Source of the DNA: a virus
Virus record (IMG/VR): IMGVR_UViG_3300022552_000002
Coordinates: 45,974-109,973 of that record
Reading direction: 5' to 3' (one strand)
Length of the DNA stretch: 64,000 nucleotides
The notes beneath the pieces were generated by a model that did no database searches, had not been told where the DNA came from, and saw nothing but the letters and a program-made list of their open reading frames with translations. Positions 9,331 to 18,434 of this stretch are shown here, piece after piece (the stretch's first letter is position 1; every line of letters begins with the position of its first letter). A program made the translations under genes and the position numbers.

Positions 9331-10584
9331 ATGGATGATCTGAGAAACCACGAACTCCTCCAGCCAGCGCATATCTCCAAGCTGCTGGATGAGATCATTC
9401 CTGACGACAGTCAGTATTACATGACGACTATCATTCCGTTAGTCACTCAGGATACTGACGAAGTGATCGTGGATGTGCGCGACAATATCGGTGGCATGAC
9501 TCAGGCAGTGGCCCAGGGTGCTGAGTCGCCGATGGTTGAGTTCCGGGGACAGAGCCAGTTCAAGTTCACCCCGGCGCATTTCCGTGAGAAGACAGTGTTG
9601 AGTGAGCGCGATCTCAAAGTGATCCGCAAGATCGGTACTGCTTCTGAGTTAGCCAAGGCTGAAGATCGTGTGGCCGAGGTCGTTGGTGGTCTGCGTATGC
9701 GCCTCGAGACAAGGATCGAGTGGTGCAAATGGCAGATGGTCTTCGGTACTCTCGACATCGATCAAACCGATGTGCAGTTCTCGGTGGATTACGGTATTCC
9801 AGCGGACTACACGCCAACACTCGCTGGTGTTGACAAATGGGATGCGCTGGCAACAGCTGATCCTGTTGATGACATCATTGAGTGGGCGTACCTGTTCAGG
9901 GATGAGGGAATCGATCCTGAGTACCTGCTCTTTACTCGTGCGGTCGAGAAGCTTCTGCTTCAGAACACAACACTGCGTGAGTTGGCCGAGGCACACTACA
10001 CCAATACCGGCAAAGCCGAGATGAACACGGCTCGCCTCAACGAGATGCTGAAAACCTTCGCGGGTTATGCATACAAGGTGTACGACAAGGGTTACTTCTT
10101 CAAGATGAAGTTAGAAACTCCTGTCACACCAGCGAGCACAAGCTTCATCGTCAGCGAGAACCCTGGTGTCAATACTGGTGATGAGGTGACGTTGATCCAC
10201 AAGAGTGGTTCGCGTCTTCCTGGTGGAAAAGTGAAAGTCACGGTCACGCCGACCGGTCTTTCCTTTGCGCACGCTGCTATCGGTGGAACCGTGACCTTCC
10301 CGGCCGGTTCTACCGTTCGCATCAAGAAACGCTTCATCCCTGACAACCTAGCGTTGCTCATGGGTGCGGTGCCTCCTGGGACCACAGGTGGTACGGACTT
10401 CGCAGAGTTCGTTTCAACTCCAAGTCCCTACAATGGTGGCATCATGAATGCGCAGCCTGGTCCGTTCGGGAAGGTTGTTGTGGATGATGATGGCGATCCT
10501 CCTAAGGTGTCGGTCATTGCCGGTATCTCGGGGCTTCCTGTTCTGTATCATCCGACCTGCAACCTGATCGCTACTGTCTACTAG
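9331..10584 (+). CDS. Major capsid protein (lambda gpE/Phage_cap_E-like) with a beta-rich insertion domain
   Basis: FTPAHFREKTVL, RLETRIEWCKWQMVFG, VDYGIP, KWD...ADPVDDI and FIPDN, with a strong AAGGAG RBS and biased codons. Confidence 0.9.
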   Translation: MDDLRNHELLQPAHISKLLDEIIPDDSQYYMTTIIPLVTQDTDEVIVDVRDNIGGMTQAVAQGAESPMVEFRGQSQFKFTPAHFREKTVLSERDLKVIRKIGTASELAKAEDRVAEVVGGLRMRLETRIEWCKWQMVFGTLDIDQTDVQFSVDYGIPADYTPTLAGVDKWDALATADPVDDIIEWAYLFRDEGIDPEYLLFTRAVEKLLLQNTTLRELAEAHYTNTGKAEMNTARLNEMLKTFAGYAYKVYDKGYFFKMKLETPVTPASTSFIVSENPGVNTGDEVTLIHKSGSRLPGGKVKVTVTPTGLSFAHAAIGGTVTFPAGSTVRIKKRFIPDNLALLMGAVPPGTTGGTDFAEFVSTPSPYNGGIMNAQPGPFGKVVVDDDGDPPKVSVIAGISGLPVLYHPTCNLIATVY

Positions 10585-10602
10585 CGTAGACGTGATGAAT
10601 GT

Positions 10603-10645
10603 TTTTCAAGGCTGGGGTATGGGAAACTGTACCCCACCTTGAAAA
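10603..10645 (+). terminator. Long RNA hairpin after the MCP gene (terminator/attenuator or 3' stabiliser)
   Basis: TTTTCAAGG-C-TGGGGTATGG-GAAA-CTGTACCCCA-CCTTGAAAA: 19 bp including two G-U pairs and a GNRA loop. No long U tail follows. Confidence 0.6.
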
Positions 10646-10690
10646 GCTTCTTCATAAAATAAAAAACAACAGAAACGATAGGAGAAAACG

Positions 10691-11098
10691 ATGGCAAAGA
10701 AAGTTCTTAGTGATTTCACTGTTGAGTGCCATCTCAATGGTTGGCATTGCAAAAACAAGTCAAGTGCTACCAAGATGGTTGGTGGCAATGTCAAGATTCT
10801 GCGAAGTGGTCAGAAGTTCAGGGGTGACGAAATCATAGAACGCATGGTTGTCGCCCTTGAGCCACCAGCTGATACTTTCAGAGATAAAGCTACTGGCAAA
10901 ATGACAGAAGTTCTGTCTCTTGTTGGTGGTTCTGCCAAAGATCTTCGCGTTGCTTTCGAAGATAGGCAGAAGGAACTTGAGTCTGTCAGTGAAGCATCGG
11001 TTGTCAAACCTGAGCCGACTCCTGATCCAGAAGATGATGAAGAAGAAAAGAAAGAGAAATCGAAAGAGCCCAAGCGTAATCCACGCCCCCCACAGTAA
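10691..11098 (+). CDS. Hypothetical protein
   Basis: AGGAG RBS, 135 aa, charged C-terminus. Confidence 0.75.
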   Translation: MAKKVLSDFTVECHLNGWHCKNKSSATKMVGGNVKILRSGQKFRGDEIIERMVVALEPPADTFRDKATGKMTEVLSLVGGSAKDLRVAFEDRQKELESVSEASVVKPEPTPDPEDDEEEKKEKSKEPKRNPRPPQ

Positions 11099-11133
11099 GA
11101 GATATCAACAATTTCAGTTGAGAGGGGCACAAG

Positions 11134-11487
11134 ATGAGTAGAGACATAAAAGAAGAAGTCGTCAAAGCTGAATATTGGCTTGACGGAATCGATCCTGAGC
11201 TTCACGACAAAGCTCAGAACGATCCAGATTATTTGTTTCGAACACAAGAAAAAAAGATTGCAATATTTCTCAAAGCCAGAGGATTTCCTGTTCGTGGCTT
11301 AGAGAAAAAGCAGTTGAGAATTGCCGGTGGTCAGAATAAGAAGATTCTTACATTCTGTTTTGACCATACCGTGCAAAGAGCTAGATTAGAATATTACAAT
11401 GACAATAATCCTGAGTCGTACAACGTGAATGCCAAATCCATTCTCGATGCGCAACAGGACATCACTTCAATGATTGTGAATTTTTAG
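11134..11487 (+). CDS. Hypothetical protein (DUF5659-like)
   Basis: Pattern FRTQEKKIAIFLKARGF...LTFCF...LEYYN...VNAK, preceded by a GAGGGG RBS. Confidence 0.6.
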   Translation: MSRDIKEEVVKAEYWLDGIDPELHDKAQNDPDYLFRTQEKKIAIFLKARGFPVRGLEKKQLRIAGGQNKKILTFCFDHTVQRARLEYYNDNNPESYNVNAKSILDAQQDITSMIVNF

Positions 11488-11496
11488 GAGGGAAAG

Positions 11497-11829
11497 ATGG
11501 AAGAAGCAACAAAACTCGTTTCACTTAATGACTTAATCACATTGAGTAATCTTGTGTTGATTATTGCGATCCAAGTTGTACTTGGTGCTGTTAAGGTCAC
11601 ACTCGAAAAACTGAAGCTTTTGAAAAAGCTTCCAGTGGAAATACTTCTTCCATATGCTCCAATGCTCATGGGCATGGCAGCGGCTTTTATTCCTGGTGTC
11701 ATTGATGCAGCTAACTTAGGCACCAAGATTGTTTTTGGTGTTGCGATTGGTGGCATTAGTGGTCAGATTTGGAAAGCTGTTTGGAAGAATAGTGGCGATC
11801 TTCTTGATGGTAAACTTGGAGAAAAATAA
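11497..11829 (+). CDS. Putative holin
   Basis: 110 aa, three hydrophobic segments, charged C-terminus, AGGAGG RBS. Confidence 0.65.
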   Translation: MEEATKLVSLNDLITLSNLVLIIAIQVVLGAVKVTLEKLKLLKKLPVEILLPYAPMLMGMAAAFIPGVIDAANLGTKIVFGVAIGGISGQIWKAVWKNSGDLLDGKLGEK

Positions 11830-12185
11830 TGAGTTTCAAATTAATCATAAGTTGGTTTAAAACTAACGCAGTAAAAATATTACTTCTATTACTGCTTTTT
11901 GTTGTGCTTATTTTGATAGCACTCACGTTTTGGTTCAAGCTGCGTGGGTTTAAGATAACGGACTTGCTTCTTCGTTTGCAGGTGGCCAATGCTAAGAATG
12001 AGGTAAACCACCTGCAAACGAAGAAGACACTATTAGAAGCTAAAGAAACAATTAAGATAAATGATATTAGAGAAATTGAAAAAGAAATCAAAGAAGAAAA
12101 GAAGAAAGTAGAAGCAGGAAAGATGAAGATTGAAGGGATGACAAACGATGAGATTATTGCTCGTTTTACTGAGCTTGGCTTTTAG
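11829..12185 (+). CDS. Putative inner-membrane spanin-like protein
   Basis: N-terminal TM (ILLLLLLFVVLILIALTFWF) followed by a long coiled coil, directly after the holin. Confidence 0.55.
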   Translation: MSFKLIISWFKTNAVKILLLLLLFVVLILIALTFWFKLRGFKITDLLLRLQVANAKNEVNHLQTKKTLLEAKETIKINDIREIEKEIKEEKKKVEAGKMKIEGMTNDEIIARFTELGF

Positions 12186-12570
12186 CGTAAACGCTATAGC
12201 AGTTCCAGAGAAGTGTGAAACTGCCGATGGCAGGGAGATGATTTGCTTTGATGTCGATAAAGCAAAAGAACTTTTGAAGATTGTTGACATTGAAGTTCCA
12301 TCTTTAAAAAGAACAGTTGCAAAACAACAAACACAAATTGATGCACAAAAAGAGTTAATGAAAATTAAAGATGAAAAGTTCAAAGTACAAGAAGATATAA
12401 CAAATAAATGGAAAGAAAATTTTGAAAATCTTTCTACTCAAATGGCCGCAATGAATGATGATGAACGAATAGAAGCGTATATTGATGTTGGAATCTTTTT
12501 ATTAGGTACGTTGGTTGGCGGTGGCATAATGTATACGTCTTCGTTGCTGGTGTCTAACACCATTAACTAG
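12148..12570 (+). CDS. Putative spanin partner (signal peptide, coiled coil, C-terminal TM)
   Basis: Overlaps the upstream gene by 38 nt. Signal peptide MRLLLVLLSLAFSVNA, two Cys, and C-terminal TM VGIFLLGTLVGGGIMY. Confidence 0.5.
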   Translation: MRLLLVLLSLAFSVNAIAVPEKCETADGREMICFDVDKAKELLKIVDIEVPSLKRTVAKQQTQIDAQKELMKIKDEKFKVQEDITNKWKENFENLSTQMAAMNDDERIEAYIDVGIFLLGTLVGGGIMYTSSLLVSNTIN

Positions 12571-12579
12571 GAGAAGAAG

Positions 12580-13245
12580 ATGGCACAACAAGACCTTGGC
12601 TCTCTCAGAGATAGAGCACAATTATATTCTGGTCAGATAAATAGTGAATCTCTTAGTGTTGAACGTAGCACTGGTTTGGTTCCAACTTCTGGCTTTAGAC
12701 GCGCAGATATATTTGTTGATTTTACAAGAAGTGTTGTTGATGAAATTAGAATTCAACACAAATCTACTGATTATATTGAACAAGTAAAAGACGAATCTGC
12801 TCTTCCTGTTTTTGAGTTGAAAGACTTACAATACAAAAAAACAATTACAGAAAATAAGAAATTCAAATTTTCTATTGATTTGAATTCTGAATACACAGAG
12901 CTTATCTTCAATGCATTAAGTGCTGCTGTTGAAAGTGTTGTTTTTTCTGGTAGTGGTCTTGATGATGCATCGTCAAGCGGAATATTTACTGGTTCTGATC
13001 CAGTGGAATATCTTGTTGAGATTGATGGAACAGGTACACCAGATACTTTCCGTTGGTCAAAAGATGGTGGTTCTACTTGGGCGGTAAGTACAGTCGCTAT
13101 CACAGGTGCGCCACAATTGCTTGATGATGGTGTGTCTATTGCATTCGCCGCAACCACAGGTCACACTAACGGAGACCAGTGGACCATCAGAGCAGGTTAC
13201 GGTAGCTCAGGCGATCTTATCACAGTGGATGTTTCACTGAGATAA
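12580..13245 (+). CDS. Virion accessory protein with a beta-sandwich (WSxDGGxTW) domain also found in the tail tube
   Basis: The C-terminal ~85 aa align by eye with the tail tube insertion. AGGAG RBS. Confidence 0.65.
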   Translation: MAQQDLGSLRDRAQLYSGQINSESLSVERSTGLVPTSGFRRADIFVDFTRSVVDEIRIQHKSTDYIEQVKDESALPVFELKDLQYKKTITENKKFKFSIDLNSEYTELIFNALSAAVESVVFSGSGLDDASSSGIFTGSDPVEYLVEIDGTGTPDTFRWSKDGGSTWAVSTVAITGAPQLLDDGVSIAFAATTGHTNGDQWTIRAGYGSSGDLITVDVSLR

Positions 13246-13272
13246 TTGAGCATCGTAAAATTGGAGGCTGTG

Positions 13273-13620
13273 ATGACCTGTGATGCACAACAAATTTTAG
13301 AATACAAGGTTAACGATACACAGCCTTCTATTGCGTGTACTTACAAAGAAATAGATTCAGTTACAGGAGAAAGAACTCCTATTGATATTACTGGATACAC
13401 TTTTAGATTAGATATTGGTTATGAAGTTCCAAATAGTGTTACAGGAAGTATTGTTGGTGCTCCAGTAAATGGAGAATTTATTTTTGAATTTACAATTGGA
13501 GCAAGCGAAGTTGATGAAGTTGGAAAACCACTCACAGAAATTGTTATTTGGGATAATCTTGGAAATCAAGTCACATATGACTTTGTGAAATTCAATGTGA
13601 AGTCAAGGATTGTTCCATGA
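13273..13620 (+). CDS. BppU-N-like Ig-fold virion protein
   Basis: KVNDTQPSI...PIDITGYTFRL...NGEFIFEF...EIVI...F.VK pattern. GGAGG precedes ATG 13273. Confidence 0.6.
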   Translation: MTCDAQQILEYKVNDTQPSIACTYKEIDSVTGERTPIDITGYTFRLDIGYEVPNSVTGSIVGAPVNGEFIFEFTIGASEVDEVGKPLTEIVIWDNLGNQVTYDFVKFNVKSRIVP

Positions 13621-14360
13621 CAGTTGAGCTGATCATAGGTGGCAATCAAGTTGAGGTCGTCAAAGGCAGTGTGGGTTCTGAACTCATTGCTGGTGATAAC
13701 GAAGTCGTTATCGAGAGATCTGTTGTTCACGTTGAGATAACCAAAGGTGAGCATGAAGTTCTTCTAGTAGAGCCAGAGATTGGTTCAGAACAATTAGACT
13801 TAAATATTGAACAAGTAACTCCACAAGTAAATATTGAACAAACAGAAGTAGATTTAGATATTGTTAGAGATGGAATTGAAGTTGAGATAGTAACATCAGA
13901 ACAACTTGTTGAAGTTCTTCAGGGTGATGTTGATATAGAGATTGTAGCTCAACCATCAATAATTCATGTCAACCCAGAAGCATTACCAGAAGAAGCTTTT
14001 TGTTCTGCGTTAGAAATTGTAGGAGATTGTGTTTATATATATGATGATAAAGTTACAGGAAAACCAGTTGTTAGAAAATGCGATATATTTGATTTAACAA
14101 AGATGCCTGCTATTGCAATTATAACTGAGAAAATTACAACTACAGAATGTAAGATAAAAAAGATTGGAGAAGTAGATGGGTTTGGCAGTTTCACTTCAGG
14201 AGGAATGGTGGTGGTTGGCTCGAGTGGACAGCCTGTGCATCCACCAGCGTTACCTGATCCAACGATTACACCGTACTACGTGCAGGTATTAGGTGTTGCA
14301 TCTAATCCTGACACGCTTTTGCTGCACATAGATATGACTATGTGTCAACGTATAAGATAA
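13617..14360 (+). CDS. Virion protein: acidic V/I/E-rich N-terminus plus a capsid-cement/DUF2190-like C-terminal domain
   Basis: C-terminal GDCVYI...PAIAII...GEV...YVQVLGVASNPDTLLLHI resembles the C-terminus of 14788..16368. Confidence 0.55.
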   Translation: MTVELIIGGNQVEVVKGSVGSELIAGDNEVVIERSVVHVEITKGEHEVLLVEPEIGSEQLDLNIEQVTPQVNIEQTEVDLDIVRDGIEVEIVTSEQLVEVLQGDVDIEIVAQPSIIHVNPEALPEEAFCSALEIVGDCVYIYDDKVTGKPVVRKCDIFDLTKMPAIAIITEKITTTECKIKKIGEVDGFGSFTSGGMVVVGSSGQPVHPPALPDPTITPYYVQVLGVASNPDTLLLHIDMTMCQRIR

Positions 14361-14372
14361 CAGGAGAAAAAG

Positions 14373-14768
14373 ATGAAGAAGGAAGAGAAGAAAGCGCAAC
14401 CTGACAATGTGGTCGAAATGAAGGATAATGGAGAGACAGATAAAAGAAAAGAAGAAGAAAAGGGAGCGGTTGATCTTCCGCATCTTAATGAAGAAGAGCT
14501 TCAACAGTTTAAGCTCTTTGATGCTGAGATGACGAAAAGAATGCTGCTTGTTGGCAATACTACTTTGGCTATGAAACTAGAAGAAGCGCAACATCAAAAT
14601 AAAGTAAGTCAATTAATGACAATGAGAAATCAACAACAAGAAGACTCAGAACAATATCAGAGAAAATATGAAGAATTTAACAAAGGTTTGACAGGAAAAT
14701 ATCGTATAAGGCCAGATGTGAAGATAAGCATTGATACAGAAACAGGGGTAATACGAGAGTTACCATAA
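14373..14768 (+). CDS. Hypothetical coiled-coil protein (possible fibre chaperone)
   Basis: AGGAG RBS, heptad-rich core, ends ISIDTETGVIRELP. Confidence 0.6.
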   Translation: MKKEEKKAQPDNVVEMKDNGETDKRKEEEKGAVDLPHLNEEELQQFKLFDAEMTKRMLLVGNTTLAMKLEEAQHQNKVSQLMTMRNQQQEDSEQYQRKYEEFNKGLTGKYRIRPDVKISIDTETGVIRELP

Positions 14769-14787
14769 GTTCTCAAGGAGATAGAAA

Positions 14788-16368
14788 ATGGCTGAAGTTG
14801 TTCCAGTTTATCACCTTCTCAGCGGCAACTACGCTGCTCTCCAAGGCGTAGATCCAGCAGTCGATACTGTCACGTTCAAGGGTCTCACCATGAACGGTGT
14901 TGTCGCTATGGACAGCACTGGTGGTGGCACACCAAATAAAATAACTGGTTTGGCTTCTGCTACAGCAGATGAAGATGCCTTAGCTTATGGTCAGACAGGT
15001 GCAGACCTTAATGGTTTGAATCTGACAGCTAACTTGACCATGAATTCCCAGAAGATTACTGGTCTTGATCCAGGTACAGCTGGTACTGATGGTGTCAATA
15101 AGAACCAGTTAGACAGCGTAGCAGCTGGTGTTGCCTGGAAACACGCAGTTCAAGTTCTCAGAATGGTCAATGATGCATTGGCTACTTCACCAACGCTTAC
15201 TGCTGGTGACGCAGGCAAAGCCTATGTCGTTGCTGGTACTGGTGGTGATTGGTCTACATTCACAATCGGTGACATCGTAGAGTGGGATGGTTCTGCTTGG
15301 AATCTCGTTCTAGCTGGTTCCGGTGCTGAGCCGCCAGACGGAACGTATGTTATCATCGTTGAAACCAGTGCAGCTGGTTCATTCGCTGGTCAAGAGAATG
15401 AAGTTGCTGTCTACAACGCCACCACCAACACATGGGCATTTACTCCAGCATCAGATGGTGATGGACGTACTGTTGCTGGCGAAAACAGTGTTTACGAAAA
15501 CCTCGGTTACGTCTGGGATGCGACTCCAGGCGAATGGGTCATGTTCAATGGCCCTGGTCAAATCGTAGCTGGCGCTGGTCTAACAAAGACCTTCAATCAG
15601 CTTGATGCAAATGTCAAAGATGGTATTCAGATTGATGCTGATGCTATCACACTTCTTCTTGCTGCAACTCCAGGTCTCCAACTTACTGGTACATCACCAG
15701 CGAAAGTTCTTTCGGTTCTTCCTGATGGAGCTAAGGGCGTTGAAGTTGGCGCAAGCGGTGTAGCGGTAATAGTTGAGTCAGATGGTGCTATTGAATTCGA
15801 TGGCACGAACGGTGGGTTGGAAATTAACCTCGAAGCATCCAATCCTACATTGGATATTGTTTCGAATGAACTTGGTGTTAAGTATAGCGCCACAGCAGGC
15901 GGTCTTACTCAAGACTCTACTGGTTTGAAAGTCAAGGTTGACGGTACAACCATCACAATCAATGGCTCTGGTCAATTGGTTGGAGCATCAGCAGATGGTG
16001 ATCGCATTGCTGATGATTATGTGGTCAGTGAAAACATTTCAGCTGGTGATCCGGTTTACTGGAGCACAACAGCAAATCAAGTTGCTCAAGGTGATGCAGC
16101 ACAAGCTTTGTGGCCGAGCCATGCACAAATCTTTGGTGTTGCAGAAGATGCAGCTACAACTGGCAATTCGTCAACTATCGTTAGTAGAGGACCGTGTCTC
16201 GGTGTTCTTTCAAGCGCGACTCCTGGCGATATTTATTGGATGGCAGTCGGAGGTGGAATCACCACTACCATTCCTTCAACGAACAATGCTCTCATCCGTG
16301 CAGGGTGGGCAAAGAACGCAGATGATCTCTTTGTGTCCATAGCCGACTACGGTCGTCGCGGATACTAA
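14788..16368 (+). CDS. Head spike/fibre-like protein
   Basis: YadA-stalk-like motifs (KITGLASATADEDA, KITGLDPGTAGTDGVNKNQLD), a DUF2793-like region (YVVAGTGGDW...AGSFAGQENEVAVY...WAFTP), beta-spiral-like shaft repeats and a cement-like C-terminal domain. Codon style suggests high expression. Confidence 0.65.
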   Translation: MAEVVPVYHLLSGNYAALQGVDPAVDTVTFKGLTMNGVVAMDSTGGGTPNKITGLASATADEDALAYGQTGADLNGLNLTANLTMNSQKITGLDPGTAGTDGVNKNQLDSVAAGVAWKHAVQVLRMVNDALATSPTLTAGDAGKAYVVAGTGGDWSTFTIGDIVEWDGSAWNLVLAGSGAEPPDGTYVIIVETSAAGSFAGQENEVAVYNATTNTWAFTPASDGDGRTVAGENSVYENLGYVWDATPGEWVMFNGPGQIVAGAGLTKTFNQLDANVKDGIQIDADAITLLLAATPGLQLTGTSPAKVLSVLPDGAKGVEVGASGVAVIVESDGAIEFDGTNGGLEINLEASNPTLDIVSNELGVKYSATAGGLTQDSTGLKVKVDGTTITINGSGQLVGASADGDRIADDYVVSENISAGDPVYWSTTANQVAQGDAAQALWPSHAQIFGVAEDAATTGNSSTIVSRGPCLGVLSSATPGDIYWMAVGGGITTTIPSTNNALIRAGWAKNADDLFVSIADYGRRGY

Positions 16369-16396
16369 GGTTTTGGTAGAGGGTAAGGGATAAGAA

Positions 16397-17179
16397 ATGC
16401 CATTAACACCCGACGACTACGATGTAGTTCAGGTCGTTAAACAAGAATGGCCTAATCTCGGCGGGAAACCTGGCCCACTTATCCCTTACTCTCTTCCTAT
16501 TGAACCTCTTGAAGATGGAATTGAAGCAGGAGCATTATTTGTAGTTGAAGTTGGAAGAAGAAATAAAAATGTAGCTATTTGGGCCAATCAAGGAAAGATG
16601 ATTTTTAAAGATATTGAGAACCCAGGTGTTGGTGGAATTGGATATACACTTACGCAGATTCTTACCGCAATTCTTGGACAAGTAAGAGTCAGCGCTAATG
16701 ACACTATTGCTGGTTATCTAAATGGCAAACTTATAGCTGGTACAGGAGTAAATCTCAATGAGCTGAATGACGGTGGTAATGAGGCGTTAGAGATTTCAGC
16801 TGAGTTTTCTGAGATCTTTTCGGTTGATTACGACACCGCTACTAACATACAAAGCACAAGCAGCACTACAGCGCAGGATGCTGGAGTGTCTGTTGAAATT
16901 CCTGTTGATGGTGATTATGTCGTATTCTTTGATTCTGAAACTCGTGTTTCTAATAGTAATGGTGATATGGCTATTAGTCTTAGCGCACCAAATACAATAA
17001 TTGAAAATTCTAGTACGGTGCGTATTATTGGTGGAAATAAACGTAGTTCGTCTATTATTATTTATCCATTTATTGGTTTGAGTACCGGTGATGTGATTAA
17101 AGGATTATTTCGCAAAGAAGGTGGTCCTGGCACGGCTTATGTTTATAACCGTTCCATGTTTTTGATGAGGATTGGCTGA
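16397..17179 (+). CDS. Fibre/spike-associated virion protein
   Basis: VRVSANDTIAGYLNGKLIAGTGV fibre motif and a C-terminal C1q/TNF-like beta-sandwich pattern. Confidence 0.55.
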   Translation: MPLTPDDYDVVQVVKQEWPNLGGKPGPLIPYSLPIEPLEDGIEAGALFVVEVGRRNKNVAIWANQGKMIFKDIENPGVGGIGYTLTQILTAILGQVRVSANDTIAGYLNGKLIAGTGVNLNELNDGGNEALEISAEFSEIFSVDYDTATNIQSTSSTTAQDAGVSVEIPVDGDYVVFFDSETRVSNSNGDMAISLSAPNTIIENSSTVRIIGGNKRSSSIIIYPFIGLSTGDVIKGLFRKEGGPGTAYVYNRSMFLMRIG

Positions 17180-18027
17180 TGACTGCTACTAAGTATCAGT
17201 ATTCCATCTCCAACGATTTTCCCAATCAGGCAGTAGATACTGACCGCTTGGAACAAGAAATTCGTGACAGTGTCATTATAATTGCTCTTGACTATGTTAA
17301 TACGTCAGGTGACGACTGCGATATTTGGTTTAAAGATGCATTGTCAGCTGGTGATAAAACAATACTTGATGGAATCGTTGCATCACACTCTGGTCTTCCA
17401 TTAACACCAGATCCAACTGAAGTTATTATTCAAGAAGAGTATGGTGTTAAAAGAACTGGTGGAAATTTTGGATCACGTAGTCATAATTTCGACATTTCAT
17501 CTGGTGTTCCTGGTGCATTAACTGAACACGATTTTAGTTTTCCAATTCCAATAGCTATTTTCAGCGCTCAACTTATTGGAAAAGAAATACTGGAAGGTGA
17601 TGAAATAGAATTTCAGATAGCACCAGATACTCCCATTGGAGCGTTAGTAGCAGATGTTGCTGTTGATGCTGAAGTAATAACTGTTACGCAAAGTGCGTAT
17701 GACAATTTGAAAGTTGGTTTTACTGTATGTTTAGATGACCAAACAAATCACAACAATCTGGGTATGGTGGTAGAAAAACAAGTAAACAATCAAATCAAAG
17801 TAGAGAAGAAAACTACAAATGCTTTTGCTGCATCTACACCAACGTATGTTCTTTTAACAGTGAAGATGATTCCTCATGGACATCTTCCATCTTGTTCTCG
17901 TCTTGTTCTTGGTGAAAGTAAAATTGGTGGTACATACATTAATGCAAATACAACACTTAGAATTATGTATAGAAATTCAGATGGACAAGCTAAGAAATTT
18001 GATTTCTGGTTAGAGTACATGTATTAA
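17179..18027 (+). CDS. Hypothetical virion protein
   Basis: 282-aa ORF coupled to the upstream gene. Contains LVADVAVDAEVITV, a beta domain like the MCP and tube insertions. Confidence 0.6.
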   Translation: MTATKYQYSISNDFPNQAVDTDRLEQEIRDSVIIIALDYVNTSGDDCDIWFKDALSAGDKTILDGIVASHSGLPLTPDPTEVIIQEEYGVKRTGGNFGSRSHNFDISSGVPGALTEHDFSFPIPIAIFSAQLIGKEILEGDEIEFQIAPDTPIGALVADVAVDAEVITVTQSAYDNLKVGFTVCLDDQTNHNNLGMVVEKQVNNQIKVEKKTTNAFAASTPTYVLLTVKMIPHGHLPSCSRLVLGESKIGGTYINANTTLRIMYRNSDGQAKKFDFWLEYMY

Positions 18028-18071
18028 AAATAAAAAGAGACGCCACCCATATAGCGAGATTGGGTTGAAAG

Positions 18072-18425
18072 ATGGGAAACATAATAAGCATATTAAAGGA
18101 ACTTGTTGGAATATTACGTGATGGTGGTCCATACGCAGGTTGGGCACTTTTTATTATACTTTGGTATTTTGAGCGCAGAGAAAATAAAATATTCAGAAAG
18201 GAAGGAATAAATTTAGCAATAGCACAAGTAGAAAATAATGTAAAAACAGAAATGACACTTCAGTCTTTAAAAGAGGCATTGAGTGGTGTTAAATATTCTC
18301 TTGGAGATATCACTGCTATATTAAATAAAATACAAACAATGAAAGAATCTTTACTCCAATTATCTTCTAAGCCTGACCTGAAACTTTTAGAAGACAAAAC
18401 GAAGGCAGACGACAAAGAAGAATAG
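18072..18425 (+). CDS. Small single-pass membrane protein with a coiled coil (holin-like)
   Basis: TM GGPYAGWALFIILWYF followed by ERRENK and a heptad region. Confidence 0.6.
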   Translation: MGNIISILKELVGILRDGGPYAGWALFIILWYFERRENKIFRKEGINLAIAQVENNVKTEMTLQSLKEALSGVKYSLGDITAILNKIQTMKESLLQLSSKPDLKLLEDKTKADDKEE

Positions 18426-18434
18426 GAGAAAAGC

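Noticed and set aside
10599-10838. 79-aa ORF after the MCP
   Set aside because: It runs through the hairpin and overlaps 10691..11098, which has a clear AGGAG RBS.
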